Source: a virus
Taxonomy: Duplodnaviria; Caudoviricetes
IMG/VR virus record: IMGVR_UViG_3300033067_002302
Location: 1-52,510 of that record
DNA length: 52,510 nt
Direction: 5' to 3' (one strand)
Positions 1 through 9,187 of the stretch are shown here, piece by piece (the stretch's first letter is position 1; every line of letters begins with the position of its first letter). The notes under the pieces are model-generated. The model saw only the letters and a program-made list of their open reading frames with translations, was not told the origin of the DNA and made no database searches. Made by a program: the position numbers and the translations under genes.

Positions 1-18
1 CTGGCGAAGCCGGAGGAT

Positions 19-309
19 GTGAGGCTGCGCGAGGTGCTCGACGCGCTGGACGGGCGCGCGGTCATCTTCGACGGCCTGGGGGCGCGTGTGACGCACTTGC
101 TCGACGAGATGGACGAGTGGATCGCTAGGGCCGGCGCTGCCGAACGGAGACTCAAAAAGGCCGAAGATGTCGTGATGCTGGCCCGTCAGTTGACGGCCTA
201 CAGCTGGGAGGATCGCCTGGAAGACTGCGAGGTCAGCGACGCCGCGAAGCACGATTCGAGAGAGCTGAGCACTGCAATCTGGTTCTACGACCAAGAGGAG
301 AAGTCGTGA
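19..309 (+). CDS. hypothetical protein
   Basis: GGAGG RBS before GTG; overlaps next ORF by 4 bp. Confidence 0.6.
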   Translation: MRLREVLDALDGRAVIFDGLGARVTHLLDEMDEWIARAGAAERRLKKAEDVVMLARQLTAYSWEDRLEDCEVSDAAKHDSRELSTAIWFYDQEEKS

Positions 310-596
310 GCGCGGCGGCGTACAGCCGAGGCTCGCGCCTCTTGTCCAGCGAGGCAGATAAGCGCATGCCGGCGGCTTTGTCCCATGCGGACAGGCAGGC
401 CCGCAAAGACGAGGTTTCCAGGTTGCGTGAGCAGGTCGCCGCACTGGAGCGCGATCTGCGTCGGGCGCGCCGATGCCTCGCCTCCGAGCGAGCAGGCCGC
501 GAGGCCCTCCGCGTTCGACTCGCTAACGAGGAGCGGGCAAATGCCTTTGGCGTGGGTGTCCTGTGCAGGCTCGCGTTTCCGGGGGACGAATCGTGA
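306..596 (+). CDS. hypothetical coiled-coil protein
   Basis: GTGA overlap with upstream gene, GAGGAG RBS. Confidence 0.55.
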   Translation: MSAAAYSRGSRLLSSEADKRMPAALSHADRQARKDEVSRLREQVAALERDLRRARRCLASERAGREALRVRLANEERANAFGVGVLCRLAFPGDES

Positions 597-720
597 GTTC
601 GTGCAAAGCAACGAATGCGAAGGCGGTGACGTGGCTGCGGGCACCAACGCCAGCAGGGTACGATCCAGTGACAGAGGTGCTCGACGCGGCAGATGCCATC
701 GAGCGCGGGGAGCACGAGCG

Positions 721-1167
721 ATGAGCGAGCACGTGTGGCGCACGTGGGCGGTCGATGAGGCGGAACCGGAGCGCGACGCCGAACAGACCCTCGCCGACAT
801 GCGCGATGCGCTCGCGTCCTTCGGCGCGCCGCCTCGTGATGAAGCTCGCGTGCTCTTCGTGTCCGACGCGACGCTGCGCCAGATCAAGAAGGTGGTCGAT
901 CTCGGCGGTCAGTACCACGCGCCGTTCCCGGGCAGCGCCGGCATCACGCTCTGCGCGAGCACGTGGGGCAGGATCGAGATCATGACGCTCGATGGGATGT
1001 CCGAGCACGAGGTGCTCTTCGGCGACCAGGAGGATCTCGAGTACGCGCGCGAGATGCGGGCAACGATGGGCCGCATCAACGCCGAGATGCTCCTGCACTC
1101 CCTGCGGTCCAAGACCCACCGGCGCTGGCTTCGATCAATCCTCGGCGGACCGCGCACGACGTTCTGA
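721..1167 (+). CDS. hypothetical protein
   Basis: ATG at 721 (MSEHVWRTW...) with GGGGAG upstream; high GC3 codon usage. Confidence 0.7.
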   Translation: MSEHVWRTWAVDEAEPERDAEQTLADMRDALASFGAPPRDEARVLFVSDATLRQIKKVVDLGGQYHAPFPGSAGITLCASTWGRIEIMTLDGMSEHEVLFGDQEDLEYAREMRATMGRINAEMLLHSLRSKTHRRWLRSILGGPRTTF

Positions 1168-1210
1168 CGCCCCGCTGTCAGTCGCCCCAGCGGCCGCCGT
1201 CTGACCGGGC

Positions 1211-1534
1211 ATGACCGCCCGCCGCCGCGCCTCGTTCCGCTTCTCGGCCCCCGAGCTGGCCTCCTACTCGGACGCCTTCCTGCGCGCCCTGGCCGGGGCG
1301 CCCGCGAACGCCACCGTGGAGCGCGCCGAGCTCGCCGAGGTCCGCTACGGGCTCCGCGAGGCGCAGGCCGTGGTGGCGTGGTCGGACCAGGGGGAGAAGG
1401 TTCCTTCTGGTCCCGAGAAGGCCTCTTGTGTCCCCGCAACGTCCCCTGCCGTTAGCCCAGAGGCCTCGCCGAAGGGACGCTTCGGTAACGGCGCCGGGCG
1501 CGAGGATGTGCTGGGCGCTACGAGGGCAGCGTGA
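1211..1534 (+). CDS. hypothetical protein
   Basis: ORF overlapping next gene by 4 bp. Confidence 0.55.
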   Translation: MTARRRASFRFSAPELASYSDAFLRALAGAPANATVERAELAEVRYGLREAQAVVAWSDQGEKVPSGPEKASCVPATSPAVSPEASPKGRFGNGAGREDVLGATRAA

Positions 1535-1749
1535 GCGGTCCTGGCCACATCGCGCTCGCTACCGCTCCGTTCTCGGCCGTGTACCGGCTCACGGTGCCGC
1601 AGTCGGTCGCGTGGCACTCGGCCGACGCTGCCGAGCGCGAGCACGTGCGCGGCGAGATCCGAGAAGCAGCTCGAGCCCGACGGATGCACGGGCAGCTCGC
1701 GGTGCCGATCTTCGACTGCGATGGGCGCGTGCTCGAGCGAGCCACGTAG
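1531..1749 (+). CDS. hypothetical protein
   Basis: GTGA-coupled ORF, typical codon usage. Confidence 0.6.
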   Translation: MSGPGHIALATAPFSAVYRLTVPQSVAWHSADAAEREHVRGEIREAARARRMHGQLAVPIFDCDGRVLERAT

Positions 1750-1805
1750 ACGCCCTCCCGCCGGGCCGATGGACAACGCGCCCGCCGCATGTCCCGATCA
1801 CCGTC

Positions 1806-2348
1806 ATGACGATGATCACGGTGAGTCGGGGCAGGCAGCTCGTGGTGATGGTGGCGCTCGCGCTCGGGCTGCTCGCGTGTGGGCGCGACGGCGCGGGCAT
1901 GGTGGCCGATGCGATGGTGGACGCGGCGGAGATGCTGCGCGATGCCGGCGGCAGCGACGCGAGCGCGCAGACGCACGAGTACGCCGCGACGTGCACGGTG
2001 ATCGGCACGCGCACGCAGACGATCGCACCATCTGGCGAAACCATCACGACCGAGACCTACGCGGCCGACCTGCCCGACTCGCTCGTTGACCCCGACACGG
2101 TGCTCAACGCGGTCGGGATCGCGTGCGGGCACGTGGTGCGCACAGACACTCCGTCGTGCGTTGCTCCCGACTGCACCGACACGAACCCGCCGCCGCTCGA
2201 CTGCATGACCGTGCCGGCCTCGCTCGAGCTCCATCACATCCGCGTCGGGTGCGGCTACCAGTCCACCGTCGATCCGGACGGCGCCGGCCCGATGCCGGCG
2301 ACCACGAACGCCGACCACTACACGACCGTCCGCGTGGTCACGTTCTGA
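1806..2348 (+). CDS. putative Cys-rich lipoprotein
   Basis: Signal peptide RGRQLVVMVALALGLLA-C (lipobox LLAC), several further Cys; start position uncertain. Confidence 0.7.
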   Translation: MTMITVSRGRQLVVMVALALGLLACGRDGAGMVADAMVDAAEMLRDAGGSDASAQTHEYAATCTVIGTRTQTIAPSGETITTETYAADLPDSLVDPDTVLNAVGIACGHVVRTDTPSCVAPDCTDTNPPPLDCMTVPASLELHHIRVGCGYQSTVDPDGAGPMPATTNADHYTTVRVVTF

Positions 2349-2367
2349 TGATGCTACGATCGGTGCC

Positions 2368-2592
2368 GTGAAGATCGCCGAGCACCACCTGCGCGACCTG
2401 ACCGACACGGAGTACACGCGCTCGTTGTGGGTCTCGTGGGCACAACGAGACTGGCAGCTCAACGTTGATCTGAGCGGCCTCGTGTGCCGGACCGACCTCG
2501 CCACGGGTCGTCTGATCCTCACGGGAGGCGCGGCGAAGCCGTATGCACCACCGTACTCGACGGCGCGTGATCCTGCGCGTGGTCGCCGATAG
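2368..2592 (+). CDS. hypothetical protein
   Basis: 74-aa ORF with plausible codon usage. Confidence 0.55.
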   Translation: MKIAEHHLRDLTDTEYTRSLWVSWAQRDWQLNVDLSGLVCRTDLATGRLILTGGAAKPYAPPYSTARDPARGRR

Positions 2593-2613
2593 ACGGTCGT
2601 CACGTTCTGACGC

Positions 2614-2763
2614 TCACGCGTCCCCACGCGGAGCGCGCATGCTCCACCCGCCCCACCACCACGCCGCCCGACCGGTCGCGCGGTGGATGCAGAGCACGGG
2701 CGCGCCAGGCGCGAGCACGATGGTGATCTCGATGGGGTCGTGGCCGAGGACGATGGGCGTCAT
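2614..2763 (-). CDS. small hypothetical protein (49 aa, MTPIVLGHDPIEITIVLAP...WWWGGW)
   Basis: Translated by hand, not in the supplied ORF track; high GC3; divergent from 2977. Confidence 0.45.
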   Translation of the reverse strand: MTPIVLGHDPIEITIVLAPGAPVLCIHRATGRAAWWWGGWSMRAPRGDA

Positions 2764-2798
2764 GCCCGTGGTGTCGGCCGCTGGCTTGGCGCGTTGCG

Positions 2799-2816
2799 CG
2801 TAATCGCGCCATTACG
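2799..2816. promoter_or_regulatory. palindromic operator-like site CGTAAT-N6-ATTACG
   Basis: Perfect inverted repeat in an AT-richer intergenic region; near copy at 2907-2924. Confidence 0.55.
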
Positions 2817-2906
2817 TCTCGCTCGCCTCCGTCCAACGCCTGCACTGCCATCGTGGCGCAGCCTAAAAGAGCCGTGGTTTCGCGGTGCGCATCCTCGCCC
2901 CGCTTG

Positions 2907-2924
2907 CGTAATGCTGGCATTATG
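2907..2924. promoter_or_regulatory. palindromic operator-like site CGTAAT-N6-ATTATG, overlapping a TTGCGT -35-like hexamer
   Basis: Second copy of the motif at 2799-2816, upstream of 2977. Confidence 0.55.
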
Positions 2925-2976
2925 CGTGCATCATGGGTAGGCGTGCGGCGAGAGACGCCGACGGGAGGATGAGCGG

Positions 2977-3363
2977 ATGCGTCACTACGTGATCACGGTG
3001 CGGTCGAGCGGGCAGCGGATGGGCACCTACGCGGGCGAGACGCCGCGCGAGGCGCACGAGGCGATGTGGCGTGACGCTGGGTATGCGTCGCTGGCCGATG
3101 GCGCGCGCGCTGTCGGTCAGTCGGTGGAGCAGGTCGAGGCGGACACGCAGATCGAGGCTGCCCCGATTGCGCACGACTACGAGACGGGCGCGGCGCTGGC
3201 GGGTGCGGTGGACGAGGAGCTCGCGGCGGCCTCGCGCGCCACGGCGGTTGGCGCGGTGTCCGCCTACCTCGCGGACGGCGTGTGGCGCGAGTGCCCCGAC
3301 GGCCGCGAGCAGTACCTCGCGAGCCGTGGGCACGACGTGCGCGTGGTCTACGTCGCCGACTGA
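2977..3363 (+). CDS. hypothetical protein
   Basis: GGAGG upstream, good codon usage. Confidence 0.75.
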   Translation: MRHYVITVRSSGQRMGTYAGETPREAHEAMWRDAGYASLADGARAVGQSVEQVEADTQIEAAPIAHDYETGAALAGAVDEELAAASRATAVGAVSAYLADGVWRECPDGREQYLASRGHDVRVVYVAD

Positions 3364-3448
3364 CGAGGAGCGCGCCGGGAGGACCGGACGGGGCTCGCCG
3401 CCCTGGGCGCGCATCGCGGCACGGCGCCGCGTGGAGGGTCGAGAGCAC

Positions 3449-4063
3449 ATGAGCGAGTACCACGAACTGCGGCCTCGTCCCGCGGTACGCCTGCGCGACC
3501 TCGAGCCTCGCGCGGTCGCCGATCAGGTGCTCACCCGCATCCGTGAGCACGTGGCCTCCATCATCATGCGCACCGATCTCGGCGCGACGTGGACGTGGCC
3601 CGAGAGCGGGCACGAGTCGCTCCGATGGACGGTGCAGCTCCTCGTGGGCTACGCGCAGCGCGGCGTCGAGGCGACCGACTGGCCCGACGACGCGAGCGCG
3701 CGCGACGCGATCCTCGACGTGGTGTCGGCGCTCTACACGCGTGCGGGCGACGACCAGATCGGCGCGGGCGTGCTCGACCGCATCGACGATCTCGCCGATG
3801 ACCCGTCCGACCCGATCGACGTGGTGCTGCTTGCGGCGTGGTGCCGGTGTCAGCTCGCGGCGGGTGAGCAGGTCACCATCGCCGAGCTCGCCGCGCTCAC
3901 CTCGCGCGCGGTGTCGAGCGTGCACTCGGCGGCGCAGCGTGGGCAGCTCCGCATCCGCTCGGAGAGCCGAGGGCGCGGCGTAGCGCGGCGCGTGTCGGCG
4001 GTGGATGCGCGGGCGTGGCTCGCGTCGATCGATCAGCCCAGCGGCCGCGACTCCACCCACTGA
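3449..4063 (+). CDS. putative DNA-binding protein with C-terminal excisionase-like HTH
   Basis: C-terminal VTIAELAALTSRAVSSVHSAAQRGQL...VSAVDARAWL resembles MerR/Xis-type winged HTH. Confidence 0.65.
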   Translation: MSEYHELRPRPAVRLRDLEPRAVADQVLTRIREHVASIIMRTDLGATWTWPESGHESLRWTVQLLVGYAQRGVEATDWPDDASARDAILDVVSALYTRAGDDQIGAGVLDRIDDLADDPSDPIDVVLLAAWCRCQLAAGEQVTIAELAALTSRAVSSVHSAAQRGQLRIRSESRGRGVARRVSAVDARAWLASIDQPSGRDSTH

Positions 4064-4785
4064 CGCAGGGCCGCGCGTTTCGCGGCGGTGAGTCTGCGGC
4101 TCGACCACTCGCCCATGCGGCCCGAGACGCGCGCCTGCGGCGTGCAGCGGTCGAGGTCGCGCCGGATCTCCTCGGCCGTGCGCGGGTCTCCCTGCTCGTC
4201 GAACACGCCGCACACGGGCACGATGCGATCGCGGATGGTGGAGCGGGTCGCGAGCGCGATGGCCTGGCTGAGCGTGTCGGTGCTCGTCTGCGCCTCGAGC
4301 TGCAACCACACCTCACCAGCGAACCAGCCGATCCGCGGCAGCTCTGCGCGCGTGCCCGTGATGCTCATCTCGGGCAGCGCATCGACCCACGGTCGGATGA
4401 GCGAGGGAGACCAGTGCGCGCCGCCGCGCGGCTCCGCGTCGAGCTGGGCGTGCGTCCCGGCCTCGCCGGCGCACGCTCGCAGGTGGGCGAGCGCATCGAC
4501 GAGGTCGCCATCGACCGCGGGGAACGAGCACGCGATCACCTCGATCTTCGCCGCTCGCAGCCGAGCAGCGACCGAGGCGAAGCGCGCGACAGCGAGCCGC
4601 GGCGTGATGAGCTGCCCGCGCGCCCCGGCGTACGGTAGGCCCTGGATCATCACGACGGCGATCGCCGCACCGCACGCGCGGAGCTTGGCGATGGTGCCGT
4701 CGATCGTCTCGGCCTGTGCGTCGGCGATCGGGACGTAGATGGCGAGGCCGCGGGGCAGAGCGGGCAGCGTGGTGGTCGTGGTCAT
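4033..4785 (-). CDS. putative glycoside hydrolase (TIM-barrel, GH25-like), candidate endolysin
   Basis: LDAEP (DxE) motif after a beta strand, alternating alpha/beta pattern; last gene of the late operon. Confidence 0.45.
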   Translation of the reverse strand: MTTTTTLPALPRGLAIYVPIADAQAETIDGTIAKLRACGAAIAVVMIQGLPYAGARGQLITPRLAVARFASVAARLRAAKIEVIACSFPAVDGDLVDALAHLRACAGEAGTHAQLDAEPRGGAHWSPSLIRPWVDALPEMSITGTRAELPRIGWFAGEVWLQLEAQTSTDTLSQAIALATRSTIRDRIVPVCGVFDEQGDPRTAEEIRRDLDRCTPQARVSGRMGEWSSRRLTAAKRAALRQWVESRPLG

Positions 4786-5093
4786 GTGCTCTCCGTGGGA
4801 TCGGGTTCCTGTCGTCCGCGCGTGATGCCGCCGATCGCATCGAGCGCCTTGGTGGCGTGCTCGACCGATCGCGCGGCCGCCTCGCCCGCCTGCATGGCGT
4901 GCCGGCGAGCGGACTCGACCTCGAGCGCCGCGCCGGTCACGGCGGGCAGTGTCGTGGACGAGATGCGGCGGGCGGCCTGGTGCGCGCGTCGATGAGTGCG
5001 CCAGGCGATGCGGGCCTCGGCGTAGCCATCAACGCCAGCGCGCTCGATGGGCGCGAAGAACGCCTCGAGCACGTCGTCGGGCGCGCGGCTCAT
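4782..5093 (-). CDS. hypothetical protein
   Basis: ATG at 5093 (MSRAPDDVLEAFF), TGATG-coupled to the upstream gene. Confidence 0.6.
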   Translation of the reverse strand: MSRAPDDVLEAFFAPIERAGVDGYAEARIAWRTHRRAHQAARRISSTTLPAVTGAALEVESARRHAMQAGEAAARSVEHATKALDAIGGITRGRQEPDPTEST

Positions 5094-5398
5094 CACGCAC
5101 GCACCGTCACGGCGATCGAGCGCGAGACCGTGTGCCCCTGCGTCGTGGTGATGGTGCAGCGCACGAGGGACGGCGTGCCGCTCGGCGTGCCGCTCGACAC
5201 CCACACGCGCGCGACATCGCCGATCAGCGTGGGCGGCGGGCTGCCGAGGATCGTGATGCCGCCTTCGACCGACCACGTGACGGTCGCGATGGTCACGGTC
5301 GTGCCGAGCTGCTCGCTCTCGCCCGCGAGCCACGAGGTCCAGCGCATGAAGAGCGGGAACGTGTCGCCCGCGCGCTTGGTGACGCGCTTGATGATCAT
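5093..5398 (-). CDS. putative fibre-adaptor / virion structural protein
   Basis: Pattern W..WL...VWVSSGT....VRCTITT..G...RS..V seen in phage fibre-tail adaptor proteins. Confidence 0.6.
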   Translation of the reverse strand: MIIKRVTKRAGDTFPLFMRWTSWLAGESEQLGTTVTIATVTWSVEGGITILGSPPPTLIGDVARVWVSSGTPSGTPSLVRCTITTTQGHTVSRSIAVTVRA

Positions 5399-5414
5399 GG
5401 GTTGCTGCTCCTGC

Positions 5415-6650
5415 TCAGTCGGCGATGACGCTCGCGGTGCGGTCGTCCGCGGGCGCGAGCGCCAAGTGATCGAAGATCGACGGAAGCGCGGTGCGCTCGT
5501 CGGCCTGCACGTCGGCGGTGCGAGCGTCGGCGATCGCGAACGCTGTCAGCTCGAGCTCGACGTATGCGGCCGAGACGACGGCGCCGCTCGCGACGATGCC
5601 GCCGGTCGATGTGCTGCGCGCGTCCCAGCGAGACGCGGCCGTGCTCGTGACGAGCGCGCCGCCCGTGCTCGTGACCGCGTAGAGCATGCCGGCGCCCGCT
5701 GCGCCGCTGGCCGTCGCTCCGCCGCTCGCTGTCTGCGTGTAGATCTTGCCGGCCGCCGCACTGCCCGAGATGACCGCACCACCGCTGCCGACCTCGGAGT
5801 AGCTGCCGGCATGCGACACCGAGTCGGTGCCGGCGCCGCTCGCGACCGCGGTGCCCGACGCGACCATGCGCATCGTCTGCGGTGCGCTCGCGCTGCTCGA
5901 GGTGAGCGCGGTGCCGCTGGCTGCCTGCGCGTGCGTCTGCGCGGTCGCGGCGGCGCCCGATGCGGTCGCGGTGCCGGAGACGGCGGGCGCGATGGTGAGG
6001 CCCACCGTGGCGCTGCCGCTCGTCGTGCCCGTGCCCGCGGCCGTCACGCGCTCGGTCTGGCTGACCGACGCCGAGCCCGAGGCAACGGCGCCGCCGCTGG
6101 CCGTGATCGCGAGGAGCAGGCCCGCGGTCGCGGTGCCGCTGGTGAGCGCGCTCCCCGCGCCGGCCTGCACGTGCGTCTGTGGCGCCGCCGCCGCGCCGCT
6201 GGTGAGCGTGGTGCCGCTCGCCGAGCCCGTGGCCGCCCACGTCGAGCTCGCGCCGCCGGACGTGAGCGCCGTGCCCGTCGCGGTCTGCGCGTGCGTCTGG
6301 GCGACTGTGGCGCCGCCGGCGGTGGTGGCGGTGCCCGTCGCTGCGATCGTGAAGAGCAGGCCGGACGTGGCGATGCCGGAGAGCACCGCGCCGCCCGAGG
6401 CGGTCTGCACGTCGGTCTGCGCGCTCGAGGCCGCGCCCGACGTGACCGCGCCGCCGCTCGCCGTCTGCGCGAACGTCTGCGCGTTGCTCGCGGCGCCGCT
6501 CGCGGTGGCGGTGCCCGTGCCGGTCTCGGCGTAGGCGTTGCCGCTCGTCTCGGTCGCGAGATCGGGATCGAAGAGGCCCGCGACCGCGAGATCGGGATCG
6601 AAGAGCCCACGCGCGGGCAGATCGGGATCGAAGAGGCCGAGCTTGGCCAT
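5415..6650 (-). CDS. Ala/Ser/Gly/Thr-rich repeat fibre protein
   Basis: About 20-aa tandem repeats (TASGGAVTSGAASSAQTxxQ); N-terminal GLFDPDL x3. Confidence 0.7.
   Translation of the reverse strand: MAKLGLFDPDLPARGLFDPDLAVAGLFDPDLATETSGNAYAETGTGTATASGAASNAQTFAQTASGGAVTSGAASSAQTDVQTASGGAVLSGIATSGLLFTIAATGTATTAGGATVAQTHAQTATGTALTSGGASSTWAATGSASGTTLTSGAAAAPQTHVQAGAGSALTSGTATAGLLLAITASGGAVASGSASVSQTERVTAAGTGTTSGSATVGLTIAPAVSGTATASGAAATAQTHAQAASGTALTSSSASAPQTMRMVASGTAVASGAGTDSVSHAGSYSEVGSGGAVISGSAAAGKIYTQTASGGATASGAAGAGMLYAVTSTGGALVTSTAASRWDARSTSTGGIVASGAVVSAAYVELELTAFAIADARTADVQADERTALPSIFDHLALAPADDRTASVIAD
6559..6635. repeat. three 30-bp-period copies of AGATCGGGATCGAAGAG encoding (G)LFDPDL
   Basis: Directly visible tandem repeat at the 5' end of the 5415-6650 gene. 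Confidence 0.8.
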
Positions 6651-6672
6651 GCCGCGCGACCTCCCCTCTCGT

Positions 6673-8016
6673 CTACCAGCTGATCACGATGCAGCCGCCG
6701 CGGCCGCCGGCGCCGCCAGCGCCGCCGAGGCCGGGGTTCATGCCGCAGCCGCCACCACCGCCACCGCCGCCCTGTGCGCCGCCAGCTCCGCCAGCGCCGC
6801 CAGCCGTCGAGGCCGTGACGGTCGTACCTCCGCCGCCTCCGCCGCCTCCGCCGATCGTGCTGTTGCCGTTCGCACCAGCGCTGCCGGCCGTGGGCGTCGC
6901 GCCGTCGGTACCGACCGCGGCGCCGGTGCCCGCTGCGTAGGTTCCGCTCGCGCCGCCCTTCGCGCCAGCGACGATGGCCGGAGTCGCGTTGTGGTGACCT
7001 CCCGTGCCGCCGCCTCCGCCGCCGTAGAGCGAGCCGCCGCCGACGCTGCTCGTAGGCGTAGCCGTTGAGCCGCCTCCGCCGCCTCCGCCGTTCTCCGCGT
7101 TGTGCGTCGTGACCACGGTGACCGTGCCGTCGCTCCCAGTGCCGCCGGTGACGCCGGTGACGCCCTTCGCGCCCGAGACGCCGGGGTTGCCGCCCTGCCC
7201 CACCGCGGTCGAGCCCGTGGTGCCAGCGCTGCCCCTCCCACCGCCACCTCCGCCGCCGCTCGCCGCGGCCGAGATGGCACCGCCAGCCCCGCCGCCTCCG
7301 CCGTAGGCCGAGAGGAGCGTGCCGAACGAGGAAGTGCCTCCGATGCCGCCGTTGCCACCCGCCGCGCCCGCCGCGCCCGGGGCGCCTGCGCTGCCACCGA
7401 GGCCCACGGTGACCGAGACGGTCGAGGCGAGGTCGGCCGCTGTGAAGAGCTGCTGCGCGTACGCGCCGCCGCCGCCGCCCGCGCCTCCCTTGGCCACGAC
7501 GGCGGTCGCGAGCGAGGCCCCGGCCCCGCCGCCGCCGCCGCCGCCCCACAGGCGCACGAGCACGACCTTCGGCACGAACGAGGTCGGCTTCGTCCACGTC
7601 CCGTTGCCGGTGAAGGTCTGGATATCCACCTGACCGACGGTCGTGGTGTTCTTCGGGATGCCGGTGGTGCCGAGCACCTGCCAGCCCTCGTCCGTGTAGA
7701 CGAGCTGCTCCTGCGCGAGCAGCGTGCCCTTCCAGATCGAGACCGCGTTGGTGCCGTCGGTGACGCGGACCTCGATGTTGTTCGAGGTGCTCGCGTGATT
7801 GTTGCGCACGATCAGGCTCTTCACGTTCCGCACGGTGCTCGTCGCGCCGGTGAGGATCGACGTCGTCGTGGCCGTCGAGATGATCACGTTCGGCGCCGAG
7901 AACGGCGTCACCACGCCCGACACGTAGTCCACGTAGGAGCACGCCACCTCGACCGTGCCGCCGGCCGAGGTGACGATCGAGAGGTTGGCGGATGCGCTGC
8001 TCGCGAGGTTCAGCAT
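6673..8016 (-). CDS. glycine-rich fibre protein
   Basis: QTFTGNGTWTKP...LWGGGGGG...GGRGGCIVISW, typical of phage glycine-rich fibre domains. Confidence 0.75.
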   Translation of the reverse strand: MLNLASSASANLSIVTSAGGTVEVACSYVDYVSGVVTPFSAPNVIISTATTTSILTGATSTVRNVKSLIVRNNHASTSNNIEVRVTDGTNAVSIWKGTLLAQEQLVYTDEGWQVLGTTGIPKNTTTVGQVDIQTFTGNGTWTKPTSFVPKVVLVRLWGGGGGGGAGASLATAVVAKGGAGGGGGAYAQQLFTAADLASTVSVTVGLGGSAGAPGAAGAAGGNGGIGGTSSFGTLLSAYGGGGGAGGAISAAASGGGGGGGRGSAGTTGSTAVGQGGNPGVSGAKGVTGVTGGTGSDGTVTVVTTHNAENGGGGGGGSTATPTSSVGGGSLYGGGGGGTGGHHNATPAIVAGAKGGASGTYAAGTGAAVGTDGATPTAGSAGANGNSTIGGGGGGGGGTTVTASTAGGAGGAGGAQGGGGGGGGCGMNPGLGGAGGAGGRGGCIVISW

Positions 8017-8025
8017 CGTCGTCTC

Positions 8026-8292
8026 CTACCGGCGGCGCTCGCCCACGAGGCGGCCGCCTTCCCACACGCGCGTGACGCCGCGCTCGGTCGCCTCTTCGCC
8101 GACGAGCAGCCGGCCCTTGCCCTTGCACGTGTCGCACTGCACGCGCGCCATCACGCGGCGCACGGGCACCTGGCCGTCGGGCGCGCGCAGGGCCTCGTGG
8201 CGCTCGCCGAAGCCCTTGCAGCTCGGGCACGGGCGCCACTGCTCCACGCGGAGCACGAGCGCCTCGCGCAGCATGCGTGCAAGCGCGCCCAT
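8026..8292 (-). CDS. small zinc-finger protein (DnaJ-type CxxCxGxG x2)
   Basis: CPSCKGFG and CDTCKGKG motifs. Confidence 0.65.
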   Translation of the reverse strand: MGALARMLREALVLRVEQWRPCPSCKGFGERHEALRAPDGQVPVRRVMARVQCDTCKGKGRLLVGEEATERGVTRVWEGGRLVGERRR

Positions 8293-8294
8293 GC

Positions 8295-8693
8295 TCAGTC
8301 GAGCCCGATCGAGAGCGTGACGGCGAGGGTGTCGCCCGACACGAGCGCGCGCGAGCTCGCGAACGCCTCCGCCCACATGATGTCGCCCGCGGTGTTCTCG
8401 GTGACGTAGTAGCCGACGATCGTCTGCGACGACGTGGGCGACCAGGTCTGCTGCGGGTACGTCTTGGTCGTCGTGCCCGTCGTGGTGCTCGCAGCGTTCC
8501 ACGTCGCGCGCGCGAGCGCCTTGGCGCTGTAGCCGGTGAACGTGGCCTCCGTGAAGTCGGTCTCCACCGTGCTCTCGGTGATGCCGCCCGTGACCGCGGT
8601 GTAGAGGCGCAGGTTCTGCGCGTTCGGACTCGCGTCGCTCAGCATCATGTCGAGGAGCGCGCGCTCGCCCTTGTCGGGGACCAAGAGAGCCAT
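8295..8693 (-). CDS. virion structural protein (fibre subunit family)
   Basis: LRLYT...E.TFTGY.AK.L....W...GYYV...GDTL pattern of phage fibre/structural proteins. Confidence 0.65.
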   Translation of the reverse strand: MALLVPDKGERALLDMMLSDASPNAQNLRLYTAVTGGITESTVETDFTEATFTGYSAKALARATWNAASTTTGTTTKTYPQQTWSPTSSQTIVGYYVTENTAGDIMWAEAFASSRALVSGDTLAVTLSIGLD

Positions 8694-8725
8694 GAATCAC
8701 TTCCGTTCTGCGGCGTGCGCCGCGT

Positions 8726-9187
8726 TCAGCTTCCGACGTGGATGGCGGCGTGGTCGGCGAGGCGACCGAGAGAGGCGCGCTCCTCGGGGGTGAGCAGCGC
8801 GGTCGAGTCGGGCGTGCCGAGCAGTCGCCGGATGACGCTCACGTCGGCGACGGAGATGCGGGTGAGCGACGCTGCGTGCTCGGCCTGCTCGGCTCGGATG
8901 CGCGCGATGCTCGCCGCGTCGATCGCGTCGGCGCGGGGTCCGAGCGGGCCGGGGTCGAGCGCGGTGGTGCGCGCGAGTGCGGCGCGGGCGGCCGCCGTGG
9001 GGTCGGCGCCGGCCTCGCCCGCGTGGATCGCCGCGGCGACGGCCGCCTCGATCGCCGGGATGGCCGGGGCGACTGCGGCGAGCACGGCGCCCGTCGCGCC
9101 GCCCGTGAGCGGGGCGGCGGCGGTGAGAGCGGCGGCGGCGACGCCGGCCACGGAGGCGGCGATCTGCTCGGGGGTGGGCTGCGTCAC
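8726..9187 (-). CDS. hypothetical Ala-rich protein
   Basis: GTG start with AAGGAG RBS (VTQPTPEQ...). Confidence 0.65.
   Translation of the reverse strand: MTQPTPEQIAASVAGVAAAALTAAAPLTGGATGAVLAAVAPAIPAIEAAVAAAIHAGEAGADPTAAARAALARTTALDPGPLGPRADAIDAASIARIRAEQAEHAASLTRISVADVSVIRRLLGTPDSTALLTPEERASLGRLADHAAIHVGS

Noticed and set aside
1-60. Terminal repeat or att site joining the window ends
   Set aside because: No sequence overlap seen between the two ends, and no integrase or tRNA nearby
6690-7550. GCC/CCG tandem runs resembling a repeat array
   Set aside because: Explained by poly-Gly codons of the glycine-rich fibre gene
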